A stretch of 64,000 nucleotides of DNA from Candidatus Lloydbacteria bacterium RIFCSPHIGHO2_02_FULL_50_18 (GCA_001821395.1 MHLM01000015.1:2293-66292), one strand, 5' to 3'; shown: positions 25,812-39,918, counted from the stretch's first letter. A program made the numbers and translations. Notes: generated by a model not told the origin, from the sequence alone.

Positions 25812-28460
25812 TTAGCGTTTCCCCTTTGCCAGCATTTTCTTCAGGTATTTGCCGGTATGCGACTTCGGATTATTAGCGACCTCCTCGGGAGTCCCCGTCG
25901 CGACGAGTTCCCCGCCGCCCGATCCGCCCTCCGGCCCGATATCAATAACGTAGTCCGACGACTTGATCACGTCGAGATTGTGCTCGATGAGAAGCACGGA
26001 ATTGCCTTTATCAACAAGCGTCTGAAGGATCTCGATCAACTTTTTGACATCTTCATAGTGCAGACCGATCGTCGGCTCATCAAGCAGATACATCGTGCGC
26101 TGCATGAGCGGTCGATACAGTTCTGAGGCGATCTTCACGCGCTGTGCTTCTCCACCCGAGAGCGTGGTTGCCGACTGACCCAACTCCAAATAGCCGAGGC
26201 CGACGTCCATCATCGACTTCAACCTGTCGGATATCGCGGGAATATCCTCAAAGAATGTTGTCGCCTCCTCTACGGTCATCTTCAGTACTTCATAGATATT
26301 CTTCTTCTTGAATTTGACCTCGAGTGTTTCTTTCTGGAATCGTTTCCCCTGACAAACGTCACAGAGCACATAGACCGTGGGCAAGAAATGCATTTCGACG
26401 GCGATCATGCCGTTTCCCTCGCATGCTTCACAACGCCCTCCTTTTACATTGAAAGAAAAACGTGAAGGCTTCCAGCCGCGCACCTTTGCCTCCTCGGTCT
26501 CCGCGAAGATATCACGAATGAATGTCCACGCTCCCGTGTAGGTCGCGGGATTCGAGCGAGGTGTCCGTCCGATCGGCGATTGATCGATCAAGATCGTACG
26601 ATGGAGATACTCGGACCCCAAAAATGATGCGCAGTTATATGTCTTCGCTGAGCGATATTTGCGGTCGAAACGTGCCTGAAGATTCTTGTGCACGAGCTCA
26701 TAGAGCAACGTCGACTTTCCCGAGCCCGACACCCCCGTGACCGTTACGAGTCGTCCGAGAGGGATATCGACATTCATGTGCTTGATATTGAACGCCTTTC
26801 CGCCGCGTATCTGCAAGGCACCCTTCTCTTTTTCTCGCCTTTTTTCCGGAATGGGAATGCTCTTGTCTCCGCGCAGATAATCGAGCGTGAGCGAATGCTC
26901 TTTTTTATTGAGGAGGAGATCTTCAAGATAACCGGCTGCGACAACATGTCCGCCGTGCACACCCGCACCGGGACCGATATCAATCAGATAATCGGATGCA
27001 AAAATAGTATCTTCATCGTGTTCCACGGTAATAATGGTATTGCCGATGTCACAAAGCTCGCGAAGGGTCTTGATCAGTCTATCATTATCTTTCTGATGCA
27101 GACCGATCGTCGGTTCATCGAGCACATAGAGCGCACCGACCAAGCGGGAGCCCAGCTGTGATGCGAGACGGATGCGCTGCGCTTCTCCTCCCGAAAGCGT
27201 GTTGGCGCGCCTTCCAAGCGTCAGATAGCCGATACCGACGTCGAGCATGAAGGACAAGCGGGACTGGATCTCCTTTATGACCACGTTGGAGATTTCACGC
27301 TCGGTCGGCGTGAGTTTCAATGTTCTGAAATATGCGTCCGCCTCTTCGATCGACATGTCGGTGATGTCGACAATGTTCTTTCCCGTCTCGATGGCCACGC
27401 TTCCTTCTTTGGTATTTTTGCTTTTCTCTTTTTTTTCACCTCCGATGCGCACATGAAGCGCTTCTTCGCGGAGCCGCGCTCCGTGACACACCTCACAGAC
27501 CTCATCACCGAAAAAATGCTTTGTCCCAAGTCCGTTACACCCCTGACATGCGCCTGCAGGAGAATTGAACGAGAACAGTCTCGGCTCGACTTCAGGATAA
27601 GAAAATCCGTCGTCCGGACAGGCGAATTTTGCCGACATGAGGATGTCGTCCTCACCGATGACGAGACGCACCAACCCTTCCGTCTCGTCGAGCCCGCGCT
27701 CAACTGCTTCGGCTAAACGCTCACGAACACCCTTCACGTTGTCGGTGAATTCGGAAACGAAGAACTCATCGACGAGAATGTCGATGTCGTGTTTCTTGGT
27801 CTTTGTGAGAACGATCTGCTCGCGAAGATTCTTTTGTTTCCCATCGATGCGCGCCTTGATGTACCCCTTTGAAAGAAAATCGTAGAGCAACTGATAGTAC
27901 TCGCCCTTCCTGCCGCGAACGACGGGCGCATAGATCCCAACTTTTAGCGTTGAGTAGGAAACTCCGAGTACGACATCCTTTGCCTCGTGTTTGCCGATCT
28001 CTTCCACCTTCTCGATCACAAAATTCATGATCTCCTCATTAGTGAGACGCTTAATGGGCTTTCCACAGGTAAGACAGTGCGGGATACCGATGCGCGCATA
28101 AAGCACGCGCAAATAGTCGTAGATCTCCGTGATCGTCGCAACCGTCGAACGCGGGTTCGATGAGTGCGATTTCTGATCGATCGAAATTGCGGGTGAAAGT
28201 CCGACGATCTCGTCGACGTCCGGCTTCTGCATCTGATGAAGGAATTGTCGCGCATAGGCAGACAGTGACTCTACGTAACGCCGCTGACCTTCGGCAAAAA
28301 TCGTATCAAAAGCAAGCGAAGACTTCCCGGACCCCGAAAGGCCGGTGATCACCACCATCTTGTTTCGAGGCATTTCAACGGTGATATTCTTGAGATTGTG
28401 CGTGCGTGCGCCGCGCACGATGATACTTCCCAATTCCTTTGTTTTGTGTTTTTCGTTCAT
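25812..28460 (-). CDS. uvrA: Excinuclease ABC subunit A
   Basis: Two ABC ATPase modules (GLSGSGKSS; GVSGSGKST), two LSGGEAQR signatures, zinc-finger cysteines. Confidence 0.92.
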   Translation of the reverse strand: MNEKHKTKELGSIIVRGARTHNLKNITVEMPRNKMVVITGLSGSGKSSLAFDTIFAEGQRRYVESLSAYARQFLHQMQKPDVDEIVGLSPAISIDQKSHSSNPRSTVATITEIYDYLRVLYARIGIPHCLTCGKPIKRLTNEEIMNFVIEKVEEIGKHEAKDVVLGVSYSTLKVGIYAPVVRGRKGEYYQLLYDFLSKGYIKARIDGKQKNLREQIVLTKTKKHDIDILVDEFFVSEFTDNVKGVRERLAEAVERGLDETEGLVRLVIGEDDILMSAKFACPDDGFSYPEVEPRLFSFNSPAGACQGCNGLGTKHFFGDEVCEVCHGARLREEALHVRIGGEKKEKSKNTKEGSVAIETGKNIVDITDMSIEEADAYFRTLKLTPTEREISNVVIKEIQSRLSFMLDVGIGYLTLGRRANTLSGGEAQRIRLASQLGSRLVGALYVLDEPTIGLHQKDNDRLIKTLRELCDIGNTIITVEHDEDTIFASDYLIDIGPGAGVHGGHVVAAGYLEDLLLNKKEHSLTLDYLRGDKSIPIPEKRREKEKGALQIRGGKAFNIKHMNVDIPLGRLVTVTGVSGSGKSTLLYELVHKNLQARFDRKYRSAKTYNCASFLGSEYLHRTILIDQSPIGRTPRSNPATYTGAWTFIRDIFAETEEAKVRGWKPSRFSFNVKGGRCEACEGNGMIAVEMHFLPTVYVLCDVCQGKRFQKETLEVKFKKKNIYEVLKMTVEEATTFFEDIPAISDRLKSMMDVGLGYLELGQSATTLSGGEAQRVKIASELYRPLMQRTMYLLDEPTIGLHYEDVKKLIEILQTLVDKGNSVLLIEHNLDVIKSSDYVIDIGPEGGSGGGELVATGTPEEVANNPKSHTGKYLKKMLAKGKR

Positions 28461-28550
28461 GAAGTGAGCGCAATACTAACACATTTTTGTAAAAATGCAA
28501 TGTCATACCAACTGACTTTCTCCGGGATCAGCGCCGTCCGATCCTATCGA

Positions 28551-29408
28551 TCATTGCTTATGCGGAGTCACAACCATTTTTTTGACCTCCGCGACGATCT
28601 CATCAAGAGTGTAATTCGCCTTCACCATGAACTGGTCCGCTCCCCCCTTTAGCGCCTTTTCAATATCTTCGCGCTGTCCGAAATTTGAAAGCATGGATAC
28701 TTTTGTTTGTGCCAAAGCGGGATTCGCGCGAACACGACTCAGCACTTCAAAGCCATCGATACCCGGCAAAAGAATGTCGAGCAGTATAATGTCCGGTATT
28801 TCCTTCTCAGCAAATTCGACGCCCTGCTCACCGTCAACGGCAGCCACGACGTTAAAACCTTCCTTTGCTATCTTCTGAAGCGCAAGATCACGCAAGAATT
28901 TATCATCCTCAATGACCAATACCTTGATGGAAGATGCTTCGCGCGGTTCTGCACTTGCAGTCGCCGATGTTGCCGCACCCACCAGAGATGCCGACACGGA
29001 TGGCACTGCGACTGCGCCCGCTACAGGAAGGACTTTTGCGATCTTTTGCAGTATCTGCGTAGTATCATTTTTGGATTTTACAAAATAATCCTTTACCCCA
29101 AGCTTAATGGCGACTGCGATCTCCACCAGATCGCCGCTCTGCGAAGCGGCAATGACCGGCACGAGTGCGATGCGTTCGTCTGCCTGTGCGCGGATCGCCT
29201 CAAGCATGGCGATGTTGTTTTCACCGTTCATTCCGACATCGACGATCAGTAATTCCGGAATGGCGACCGAAAAAACATCCCTCAATGACGGTTCATCATG
29301 AGCCAATAGTACGCGATATCCAGCTTCCTTAAGTACTCCAGAAAGCCTTGTTGTAAATTCCTCGTCAATGGAAATAATGAGGATTGTTCTTGTTTGTTCG
29401 TCGGTCAT
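28551..29408 (-). CDS. Response regulator with two tandem receiver (REC) domains and no output domain
   Basis: Two CheY-like domains (LLIVDVGMNG...; DIILLDILLPGIDGFEVL...K) joined by an Ala/Ser-rich linker. Confidence 0.75.
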   Translation of the reverse strand: MTDEQTRTILIISIDEEFTTRLSGVLKEAGYRVLLAHDEPSLRDVFSVAIPELLIVDVGMNGENNIAMLEAIRAQADERIALVPVIAASQSGDLVEIAVAIKLGVKDYFVKSKNDTTQILQKIAKVLPVAGAVAVPSVSASLVGAATSATASAEPREASSIKVLVIEDDKFLRDLALQKIAKEGFNVVAAVDGEQGVEFAEKEIPDIILLDILLPGIDGFEVLSRVRANPALAQTKVSMLSNFGQREDIEKALKGGADQFMVKANYTLDEIVAEVKKMVVTPHKQ

Positions 29409-29443
29409 AATGTAGGTGATAATATTATAGCACGTGCCGGGAA

Positions 29444-30877
29444 TTAAATGTTCAAGGGCAATACAACATGAAAGGTTGAACCCTCCCCCAGCACACTCTC
29501 AAACCACATTCTTCCCGAATGTCGCTTGACGATAGTCTGCGCAATAAAGAGCCCCAATCCCGACCCATCTGTCTCCGTGTGCGTGGCATTCGTTGCTCGA
29601 AAAAATCTTGCAAATATCTTATCCGACTCCTCCGGTGGTATACCAATACCGTTGTCTTTCACCCAAAAATGCAGTTCATCATCTTCTTGTGCGACACCCA
29701 CCAATATCACCCCGTCTTTTTTCGTGTATTTGATCGCATTGTCGATAAGATTCTGGAGTACGTCATGCATCTTATCCACGTCTACCTTAATCTTGGGGAG
29801 CAGGTCCTTCGGGGATGAAAATTCGATCCGGATGTTCTTCCGCGTCGCAAGAGTCAGCAGATTCCTGATCATTTCCTGCACAATGTCCTCGAACTGTACG
29901 GGGACAAAAGCATATTTAATCTTTCCGGACTCTAAGCGATCGACAGAGAGCATATCGTTGACGAGCTTGATCATCCGCTCATTCGAATCAAATCCTTTTT
30001 GTAGGAGTTCCTGCTGCTGATCGGTCAATACTCCGGCATCTTTGTCGAGCAGTATCTTCAGCGTCCACTTGATCGCGGAAAGGGGTGTCCGCAGCTGATG
30101 CGCCACGACAGAAATGATCTCGGACTTCATTTTATCCAACTGGATCAATTTTTCGTTTGCACTCGTGAGCTCCAAGTCACGACGCACCAACAACTTTGCG
30201 CTTTGATCAAATCCTTTAGTTAATTTTTCGAGTCGATCGATCTGACTTTCCTCGCGACTGATCTGTTCCTGAAAAAGTTCATCGCGAGCATCGATCAAGC
30301 GAGAAATATACCCGCCAAAAAAACCAGTGAGCACATAGAGGAGTGAAATGACTCCGGACTTGAGCAGCACATTGGTCAGATCATGAGAAAAAAGACGTGA
30401 CGTATCCCCGATCAGCAATTCAGTGATGATACCCGAATGCAATAATACGGAAAGAAAAACGAGAAAACTGGCTGCAATCGCAACGGAGATCGCTCCGCGA
30501 AAACCAAAAATGATCATCGACACGACGATGGGGACAAAAAAGAACGAGTGTCCGATACTTTCAACCCCGCCACCTGTGAACATCATGATAATGAAAAAAA
30601 ACACCATATCGACGCCAACCTGCGCCATATTCAGTGTATTCACTCGTGCTTCCGTTATGTGCTCCGTATCGATCCTCTTGATGGCGAGAACGAATATCCA
30701 GTTACACAACAATACGATGGTGAGCGAAGCGATAAGGATGCCAAGCGCATTCGATCCGCCGGTACCGTCCTGAGCAATAAGTCCTAAAAAAAATGCCAAT
30801 AGCGCGTAATACCAACGGGCATCGACGATCCAACGCATCGATTGTAAGCGAGCTTCACCGTGTGGTTGATTTTGCAT
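29444..30877 (-). CDS. Sensor histidine kinase (multi-TM N-terminus, HisKA + HATPase_c)
   Basis: H-box VAHQLRTPLSAI, N-box NLIDNAIKYT, G-boxes DNGIGIP / GSGLGLFIAQ, and ~6 N-terminal TM helices. Confidence 0.85.
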   Translation of the reverse strand: MQNQPHGEARLQSMRWIVDARWYYALLAFFLGLIAQDGTGGSNALGILIASLTIVLLCNWIFVLAIKRIDTEHITEARVNTLNMAQVGVDMVFFFIIMMFTGGGVESIGHSFFFVPIVVSMIIFGFRGAISVAIAASFLVFLSVLLHSGIITELLIGDTSRLFSHDLTNVLLKSGVISLLYVLTGFFGGYISRLIDARDELFQEQISREESQIDRLEKLTKGFDQSAKLLVRRDLELTSANEKLIQLDKMKSEIISVVAHQLRTPLSAIKWTLKILLDKDAGVLTDQQQELLQKGFDSNERMIKLVNDMLSVDRLESGKIKYAFVPVQFEDIVQEMIRNLLTLATRKNIRIEFSSPKDLLPKIKVDVDKMHDVLQNLIDNAIKYTKKDGVILVGVAQEDDELHFWVKDNGIGIPPEESDKIFARFFRATNATHTETDGSGLGLFIAQTIVKRHSGRMWFESVLGEGSTFHVVLPLNI

Positions 30878-30908
30878 GATACTGCTCTAATATTACGCGA
30901 TAATGCAC

Positions 30909-32087
30909 CTATTCGGCAATAGCCCAAATGAGCAAAGAGCCGTTATGGAATTGTAAGTCCGGTCCGGATTGACCGCCGACCTGAGCGTAACTATAGAACC
31001 CCACCATGGGCACGTCCCTTCCAAGAATACGCTGAATGACCTCGATCTCTTCGTCGACGCGTAGTCCAAACATCTTTTTTCGTGAAACAGAATTGATAAT
31101 GATGACTGCTTTTGGTTTTTTTCCGTTCAATTTTTTTATTACTTCATTTGCGGCAAGTTCTGCGGTCTCGAGTCCACGTTCGACGTCCGAGATCATGAGG
31201 CGGATCTCAGCACCGACGGGTATTGCCGATGCAAAGGTCATTCCGCCCTTTTGGTCAACGAATATCGGGTTACGTAAAAGTACTTCTTCACTGTCGGACA
31301 AATAAACACCCAAAGGGTACGACGTGGCGAGGGATGGAAGCAACCCGACATGCAGATCATGGGTATGCTCAAGTCCGAAATAATCTTCATAGATCGATGT
31401 CGCGGGCTTTCCATCCAACTCAAGCAGTGTGGTCCCCTCGGAGCGGGTCACCTTGCGTGCGATCCCGATGGGAAGAAACCCGTGCATGGCGACTGCTGCC
31501 GCTTGATACTCTCCGGAAAGACCCAACCCAACGATAGAGCCTCGATATGCTTTGTTTTGAAAGTATTGATAGGTCTCGAAGAAAAGAAGATCGTCACTCG
31601 CAACCCCACCGCAAACGGGGAACGACGGGCCGAGTTTGCTCATGAAACCGCCAATGGTCGCATCTGCATTCCCCGATAATACATCGAGAAATGTTAAGCA
31701 GGAGCTCATATATCCGCGTGAGTTATACTGGAGCGTATTCGCACATTCTTCACCCGCCTTTTTAGGGTTCCAGAGAATATGATTCCCCATCGCGCCCCAA
31801 AATTGCACCTGATCTGAAGAGATCGCCATGATCACCACACTACCTTCAGAGGAAATTCCCTCGCTTGAGATCTCTCCCGCGGATGAACATCCGACGATGA
31901 CGGCATCGGACGCGAGCTCTCCGACCCCGTCGAGCATCTTGTCCTGGTCAAGTGCGATCGAACAAAAAACGATGAGCGCATCCGCCTTCTTCCCAGGAGG
32001 CAAACCGGAGAGCGCGGCCGCGCACGCCTCTCTTCCTGCTTTTTGCGGATCTTTTCCTGTCCCAACTCCGATACTTGCGGCTATCAT
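30909..32087 (-). CDS. FIST-domain sensory protein (FIST_N + FIST_C)
   Basis: Size and residue pattern fit FIST sensory modules (ALIVFCSIALD...VIVGCSSAGEI...; C-terminal FIST_C). Codirectional and immediately upstream of the HK/RR pair. Confidence 0.65.
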   Translation of the reverse strand: MIAASIGVGTGKDPQKAGREACAAALSGLPPGKKADALIVFCSIALDQDKMLDGVGELASDAVIVGCSSAGEISSEGISSEGSVVIMAISSDQVQFWGAMGNHILWNPKKAGEECANTLQYNSRGYMSSCLTFLDVLSGNADATIGGFMSKLGPSFPVCGGVASDDLLFFETYQYFQNKAYRGSIVGLGLSGEYQAAAVAMHGFLPIGIARKVTRSEGTTLLELDGKPATSIYEDYFGLEHTHDLHVGLLPSLATSYPLGVYLSDSEEVLLRNPIFVDQKGGMTFASAIPVGAEIRLMISDVERGLETAELAANEVIKKLNGKKPKAVIIINSVSRKKMFGLRVDEEIEVIQRILGRDVPMVGFYSYAQVGGQSGPDLQFHNGSLLIWAIAE

Positions 32088-32161
32088 AAAAAGAAGTATA
32101 CCATTTTCAAGCCCTAGGGAGGTCGTTATTCACACCATGACGGCAACGTATACGACGATAT

Positions 32162-34219
<2,058 letters not shown>

Positions 34220-34584
34220 GATAGCATAAAGTTGTCATTTCAGCAACGCATGCGCATGCCTCCTACTTCCCCTTACGATAGGTTTCAGTATACTAAACAC
34301 AGACAAGGATTGGAGGGGTACCATGCCGAACATTTGCGGAAAACCGATCTTTCCTCTGCGCGGCTTCATTCCGATCGGACACTGCGGTCTCATCGAGTAT
34401 CATGATGGAAAATGTATGATGCAGATTGAGACAAAAAGCGACGCGATGCAGACGAAGCAGCTCGACATCGATCTCCGAGACCTATGGAAACCGATAAGGG
34501 ATCTTCCCGATGGTCATACACCCTGTTTTCCGTTCGCGTATGAAACGTAGCACATGTTCCGCCGAATATATATCGGCGGAACTT

Positions 34585-35781
34585 TTATTTAGTATAGAAA
34601 TCTCTGAGTGTTCGCTCTTTCAATACTTCGTACGTCCCGTCGAATAACGAGAGGCGTATCCGTTCGACCAAACTGACCGCAAAATACAAATTATGAATGG
34701 AGCCGAGTGCGGCACCGAGCATCTCGTCCTCACGAAAGAGGTGTGCGAGATACGCGCGCGTATGATTTGTGCAGGTATAACATCCGCAGTCATCTTCGAC
34801 AGGAGTATGATCGTCGATATATTTCGCATTCGTGATGTTCATACGCCCATGCTTTGTATACAAGGAACCGTTCCTCCCCAATCGTGTCGGCGAAACGCAA
34901 TCGAACGTATCCACGCCGGCTTCGATGCCGTAAAAGAAATCGATCGGCTCACCGATACCCAACAGATGCCGGGGTTTATTCTCGGGAAGTATCGCATTCA
35001 CCCATCGGACAGCGGTGCCGATGTCGTCCTTACTGAATGACCCTCCGATGCCGAAACCGTCAAAATCCATTGCGCCGATCGTTCGTGCGGCCTCTTCCCG
35101 CAGATCGCGATGTTTTCCTCCCTGGATCACGCCAAAGAGTGCCTGGTCCCCGCCCAATGATCGATGCTCCGCAAGGCTACGCTTCGCCCATTCGTGAGTG
35201 CGGTCGAGTGATGCTTTTTGCTTGTCATACGGTGCATGCGGTGAGGTGCATTCATCGAACGCGACAATGATGTCAGCACCGATGTTGTGCTGGATCTGAA
35301 TAGACCGTTCAGGCGTAAAGCGGTGTGAGCTTCCGTCGCGATGTGACTTGAAGGTGACCCCTTCATCGTCAATCGTTGCAAGCTGTCCGTGATCGCTCTC
35401 CGTATCTTCCTGATTCTCCTCTTCACTCGCCACCTTACCGATTCCCTTTCCATATGCAACTCCGAGTGAGAACACCTGGAATCCGCCCGAGTCGGTGAAT
35501 GTGGGGCCATCCCAGTTCATGAATTTACCGAGCCCGCCCGCCCTCTTCACCAGCTCATCACCCGGAGCGAGGTAGAGGTGATAGGTGTTCGAAAGAACAA
35601 TTTGCGCTCCGATACTCTTTACCTGCTCCATCGTGAGAGACTTCACGGTTGCCTTCGTCCCGACAACGATGAACGCCGGTGTCCTGATATCGCCGTGCGG
35701 TGTATGAATGATTCCCGCGCGCGCGAGTGAACCCCCTCCGACCTTTTTCTCTATGGTGAAACCGAATTTCTTTGAATTCAT
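34585..35781 (-). CDS. tgt: Queuine tRNA-ribosyltransferase
   Basis: TGT core (TPAFIVVGTKATVKSLT..., DSGGFQV) and zinc site CGCYTCTNHTRAYLAHL. Start at MNSKKFGF; the ORF-track N-extension is unlikely. Confidence 0.85.
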   Translation of the reverse strand: MNSKKFGFTIEKKVGGGSLARAGIIHTPHGDIRTPAFIVVGTKATVKSLTMEQVKSIGAQIVLSNTYHLYLAPGDELVKRAGGLGKFMNWDGPTFTDSGGFQVFSLGVAYGKGIGKVASEEENQEDTESDHGQLATIDDEGVTFKSHRDGSSHRFTPERSIQIQHNIGADIIVAFDECTSPHAPYDKQKASLDRTHEWAKRSLAEHRSLGGDQALFGVIQGGKHRDLREEAARTIGAMDFDGFGIGGSFSKDDIGTAVRWVNAILPENKPRHLLGIGEPIDFFYGIEAGVDTFDCVSPTRLGRNGSLYTKHGRMNITNAKYIDDHTPVEDDCGCYTCTNHTRAYLAHLFREDEMLGAALGSIHNLYFAVSLVERIRLSLFDGTYEVLKERTLRDFYTK

Positions 35782-35832
35782 GATAATGATGACTATACCA
35801 CGTAGGGAAAAATTCATGATATATTTACGCAC

Positions 35833-36750
35833 ATGAAACAATACCTGGACTACCTGCGCACGATAAAAGAAAAAGGGGCTAAAAAAGAGGACCGCACGGG
35901 GACCGGGACGGTCAGCGTCTTCGGGCATCAAATGCGTTTTGACCTCTCGGAAGGACTACCGCTCACAACGACAAAAAAGTTGCCGATCAAAACGATCATT
36001 CATGAACTACTGTGGTTTCTGAAAGGTGACTCGAATCTCCGCTACCTCGCACAAAATAATGTGCATATCTGGGACGAATGGCCGTACAAAGCGTATCTCG
36101 TTCGCAATGGCCTGCCGGTACCTAAAACCGATTCGGACGAATGGAAAATGGGGATTGCCGCATTCGTCGAGAAGATCAAAACAGATGATGCATTCGCAAA
36201 AGATTTCGGTGAACTTGGTCCGATCTACGGATACCAGTGGCGCAGCTGGCCGACCCCGAAAGGCGGTCACATTGATCAGATCGCACAGGTCATCGCACAG
36301 ATAAAGAATAATCCCGATTCCCGCCGCATGATCGTGTCTGCCTGGAACGTTGCCGACATCGAGGAGATGGCGAAGGCGGGACTTCCGCCCTGCCACTGTC
36401 TATTTCAGTTCTATGTCGCCGACGGAAAACTCTCATGCCAGCTCTATCAGCGCAGCTGCGACTCTTTTCTTGGTGTTCCCTTCAACATCGCATCGTATGC
36501 ACTCCTGACCGAGATGATCGCGCATGTCACAGGACTCACCCCCGGTGAATTCATTTGGACGGGGGGCGATTGCCATATCTACAACAATCATTTTGAGCAA
36601 GTGGCGGAGCAGCTCGCTCGCACCCCGCGCACACTTCCCCGACTCGTGATCAATCGCAAGGTCGATTCGATCTTCGACTTTCACATAGATGACTTTGACA
36701 TCGTTGGATACGACCCTCTGCCTGCCATCAAAGCCCCAATTGCCGTCTGA
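35833..36750 (+). CDS. thyA: Thymidylate synthase
   Basis: [18 protein letters not shown]..., catalytic Cys region [12 protein letters not shown]-terminal [19 protein letters not shown]. Confidence 0.92.
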   Translation: MKQYLDYLRTIKEKGAKKEDRTGTGTVSVFGHQMRFDLSEGLPLTTTKKLPIKTIIHELLWFLKGDSNLRYLAQNNVHIWDEWPYKAYLVRNGLPVPKTDSDEWKMGIAAFVEKIKTDDAFAKDFGELGPIYGYQWRSWPTPKGGHIDQIAQVIAQIKNNPDSRRMIVSAWNVADIEEMAKAGLPPCHCLFQFYVADGKLSCQLYQRSCDSFLGVPFNIASYALLTEMIAHVTGLTPGEFIWTGGDCHIYNNHFEQVAEQLARTPRTLPRLVINRKVDSIFDFHIDDFDIVGYDPLPAIKAPIAV

Positions 36751-36783
36751 TCATAGTTGCGCTACTTTTTATTTTTTCTCCAC

Positions 36784-37287
36784 ATGACCCTCACACTTAT
36801 TGCCGCAATGGATCGACAGAATGGGATCGGTTTCAAAAATACTATTCCCTGGATGGGTAAGGTCCCTTCCGATATGCGATGGTTCAAGCAGGCGACGATG
36901 GGTCATCCCGTAGTCATGGGAAGAAATACCTTTGACGCAATGGGAGGTCGAGCGCTTTCGGATCGGACCAATTATGTACTGACACGCCAAAGCGAACATG
37001 CCATTGAAAGAGTGTTCACCGCAAAAGCATTGGAAGATGTTCTTGATCTCTACAAAGAGACCGATGAAGAGGTCTTCGTTATCGGCGGTGCCCAAGTTTA
37101 CAAAGAAGCCCTCCCGCTTGCCGACAAACTCTTCATCACCATTGTGGACGGAGTCTTCGAAGCCGACACGTATTTCCCAAGATGGAACGATGCTGAATGG
37201 GTCATCGCAGAAGAGCGATATGTTCCGCAAAGTGACACAGACAAATTCGCACTTCGTTTCCTTACACTGAAGAGAAAAACCGCCTGA
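36784..37287 (+). CDS. folA: Dihydrofolate reductase
   Basis: MTLTLIAAMDRQNGIGFKNTIPW...VVMGRNTF; classic DHFR N-terminus, directly downstream of thyA. Confidence 0.85.
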   Translation: MTLTLIAAMDRQNGIGFKNTIPWMGKVPSDMRWFKQATMGHPVVMGRNTFDAMGGRALSDRTNYVLTRQSEHAIERVFTAKALEDVLDLYKETDEEVFVIGGAQVYKEALPLADKLFITIVDGVFEADTYFPRWNDAEWVIAEERYVPQSDTDKFALRFLTLKRKTA

Positions 37288-37653
37288 TCAGGGGCGGTTT
37301 TTTATTGAAACAACGATATCGAGTAGCTTGGACTGATCGAGACGACGAAGTCGATCGGCAAACATGTCTATTGTCACTTGGGGCACAACTCCACGATAGA
37401 GCGCGATGGTGTTCTTGTGAACCTCAACAAAACCGCCAATGCGCTTAATGCGTCTTACCTCAGACTGAAAAGACTCAGAGCGGATGAATGTTTCGGCATC
37501 GCACTCAATAATCTCGAGGGCAAGATTCGTGCAACCGGGCGACCGCGCCCCGTGCTCGCTATAGATCTCAAAACCCACTAAATACGGATTTGCTGACTGC
37601 GAAACATGCCTTTCTGCAACTCCACAATCAACACATTTCCACGTGTAGTTCAT
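37288..37653 (-). CDS. Hypothetical protein with N-terminal CxxC (121 aa)
   Basis: ORF convergent with folA. N-terminal WKCVDCG zinc-ribbon-like motif. No family recognised. Confidence 0.4.
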   Translation of the reverse strand: MNYTWKCVDCGVAERHVSQSANPYLVGFEIYSEHGARSPGCTNLALEIIECDAETFIRSESFQSEVRRIKRIGGFVEVHKNTIALYRGVVPQVTIDMFADRLRRLDQSKLLDIVVSIKNRP

Positions 37654-37709
37654 TTAGATGCCTCCTGTTTGGTGCTTGTACTATCTGCGACTTAGATTAG
37701 TTGATGGGA

Positions 37710-38558
37710 TTACTTCGTCAAGTTTTGTTTCACAAAGTGGAGCGCGCCATGCAGTCCGCCGATATCTCCCAGTTCAGAATGTTCAATCTTTGGGAGCTCG
37801 GGGTAAATATTGAGAATCCCTTTCAGATGTGCGCGCACGCGATCAACAGGAATGCCGATCTTCTTCATCATCGAACCGCCGAGGACAACGATGTCCGGCG
37901 ACCAATGGACGATTGTATTATTAAGACCATACGCAAGAAGACGTGCCATTTCTTCCCAAAATACCTCATCGGTGATCTCAAATGGCTTCTTGCCGTATCG
38001 TGCGGTGACTGCCGATCCGGAGATCTGCGATTCAAAATCAAGACCCGTACCGCAGACCGACACCTTACAGAGTGATCCGTCTGCGTCGATGATCTGGTGA
38101 CCCGGCTCAAAACCTATGGCAGAGATGTCGATCGACTGATTCACGATCCGCACACCTCCCACTCCCGTCGAAACGGTCATATAGACGACGATAGGATACC
38201 CGCGCCCCGCGCCCGCAACCGCCTCACCGAGACCTACGATTGCCGTATCATTCTCAATGAATGTCGGCACACCGAACGACTGCTCAAGCGCAGCCTTGAT
38301 GGGTTTTCCATTCCAACCTTGAAGATGCGGGCCGTTCAAAAATTTTGTCTTATCACGAGAAAGTGTTCCTGCGATCCCACCGCCTGCAGCTATCAGTTTT
38401 TCTCCATTCAGTAATTCAGCGGACAGACTTTTCAGCATGAGCATCCCGGCATCGAAATCTTTCGGGGTCTCAACAATCTTCGGCTCTCCGAAGGTCTCAC
38501 CGTCTTTTGATAATGCTACACGCATATTTGTCCCACCAATGTCGAACAGTATGAACAT
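37710..38558 (-). CDS. ROK/glucokinase-family sugar kinase
   Basis: N-terminal MFILFDIGGTNMRVAL actin-fold ATPase motif; ROK-like central region. Adjacent to pgi. Confidence 0.7.
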   Translation of the reverse strand: MFILFDIGGTNMRVALSKDGETFGEPKIVETPKDFDAGMLMLKSLSAELLNGEKLIAAGGGIAGTLSRDKTKFLNGPHLQGWNGKPIKAALEQSFGVPTFIENDTAIVGLGEAVAGAGRGYPIVVYMTVSTGVGGVRIVNQSIDISAIGFEPGHQIIDADGSLCKVSVCGTGLDFESQISGSAVTARYGKKPFEITDEVFWEEMARLLAYGLNNTIVHWSPDIVVLGGSMMKKIGIPVDRVRAHLKGILNIYPELPKIEHSELGDIGGLHGALHFVKQNLTK

Positions 38559-38574
38559 ATGTTTATTGTTAATT

Positions 38575-39918
38575 TTAGTCTTTTAAGCTTCCAAGGATTC
38601 GCCTCGTGCCCTCTTTGTAATCCTCTACATTCGGCTGATCAAAGGGGTCTACGTGCATCAGTGCCGCCAAATGAATGACCGCAAGCATGCGCCACTCGAG
38701 GTACGCACCAAGCACGTACGGTGAAATGGTCGGGAGCCGCACCTCGGCGAACGGCAATGCGTTCTTCTGATACCCGCTCATGACACCGTCGAATATCGCT
38801 GACATGATCGTGCTGGGACTTTTTCCGGCAATTCCTGAAACCAGACCCTGCAAAAGCCCCTGCTCGGGAACACGCCGTGACGACGTACTCCCCGCGTGAA
38901 CGAGCATGGTGAATTTGTCTTTCGGTCCGCCAAAGTAGAGCTGTGCCATTGAGTGGAGGTCGGTCGAACCGATCGAGACAATCGGAGTGATGCCTACATG
39001 GACGACTTTCCCCGAGAGGTCTTTCTCTTTGCCGAGCGACTCTGCAATGAGCTGCCGCTCCCATTTCCCGAGCGACTCAAGCTCCGGTGCAAAGTGAAAG
39101 ATATTGAGTATCGCTATTCCCCGTTGCATTTCCGCATGAAGGATCTCCGCAGATCGTCTTGCGTGATGCGTATTCGGGTCATCGGAAATACACTGCGCAA
39201 GCATATCTTTCGCCCCATCACGGAGCGCTACAACGTCGACCCCAGCAAGCAAGAGCGGGAATAATCCAACGGAAGAAAAAACGGAGAAACGACCTCCGAC
39301 AACCTTGGGTATCTCAAGCAGCCCATATTTTTTTTGTTCAGCAATCTTCCAGAGTGCGGAAAATGCGTCCGTCGTACAAACGACTCGCTCCTCAATGCCG
39401 TCTATGCGCTGCATCAGATATCGCATCAGGAGCTCAAAGTTAGCGATACTTTCCGTCGTCGTTCCGGATTTGCTTATTAAATTAATGACGAGTTCCTCTT
39501 TATGATGTACATCGCCCCCAAGCACTTCTTCGAGATCATGTATCATCCGAGCGGAAGTGGTATCAAGAAATAAGAGTTTTGGGGCCTTATCGGAAAGGAG
39601 ATCAAACGGTCCTCGCAGTGCGTCGTAAATGGCCCTTGTACCCAAATTAGACCCGCCAATACCGATAATGATGATGAACTTAAGTTGTGATGTGTAAAAA
39701 CGCTCCGCCACCTTCTTCACATCCCCGAGGATGTTCGGATCGAGCGGTAAACGGATCACTTCGTTGTGTGACACATATGCTCCGGAACGAAGTGCTGCGA
39801 TGCGGCGAAATTCCGTAAGCAATGCCTCGGATGCGCTGCCTTCATGGCTCGTACGCAGCGGCGACGTATTGTAATAATGGCAGGAAAGTAGGTTATCCAT
39901 GAGGGTTCTTTGTTTCAC
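38575..39918 (-). CDS. pgi: Glucose-6-phosphate isomerase
   Basis: SIS-domain PGI signatures (IIIIGIGGSNLGTRAIYDAL; SKSGTTTE). Confidence 0.85.
   Translation of the reverse strand: MKQRTLMDNLLSCHYYNTSPLRTSHEGSASEALLTEFRRIAALRSGAYVSHNEVIRLPLDPNILGDVKKVAERFYTSQLKFIIIIGIGGSNLGTRAIYDALRGPFDLLSDKAPKLLFLDTTSARMIHDLEEVLGGDVHHKEELVINLISKSGTTTESIANFELLMRYLMQRIDGIEERVVCTTDAFSALWKIAEQKKYGLLEIPKVVGGRFSVFSSVGLFPLLLAGVDVVALRDGAKDMLAQCISDDPNTHHARRSAEILHAEMQRGIAILNIFHFAPELESLGKWERQLIAESLGKEKDLSGKVVHVGITPIVSIGSTDLHSMAQLYFGGPKDKFTMLVHAGSTSSRRVPEQGLLQGLVSGIAGKSPSTIMSAIFDGVMSGYQKNALPFAEVRLPTISPYVLGAYLEWRMLAVIHLAALMHVDPFDQPNVEDYKEGTRRILGSLKD

Noticed and set aside
25254-26126. 290-aa plus-strand ORF
   Set aside because: It is antisense to the uvrC/uvrA junction. 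Both minus-strand genes have unambiguous motifs.
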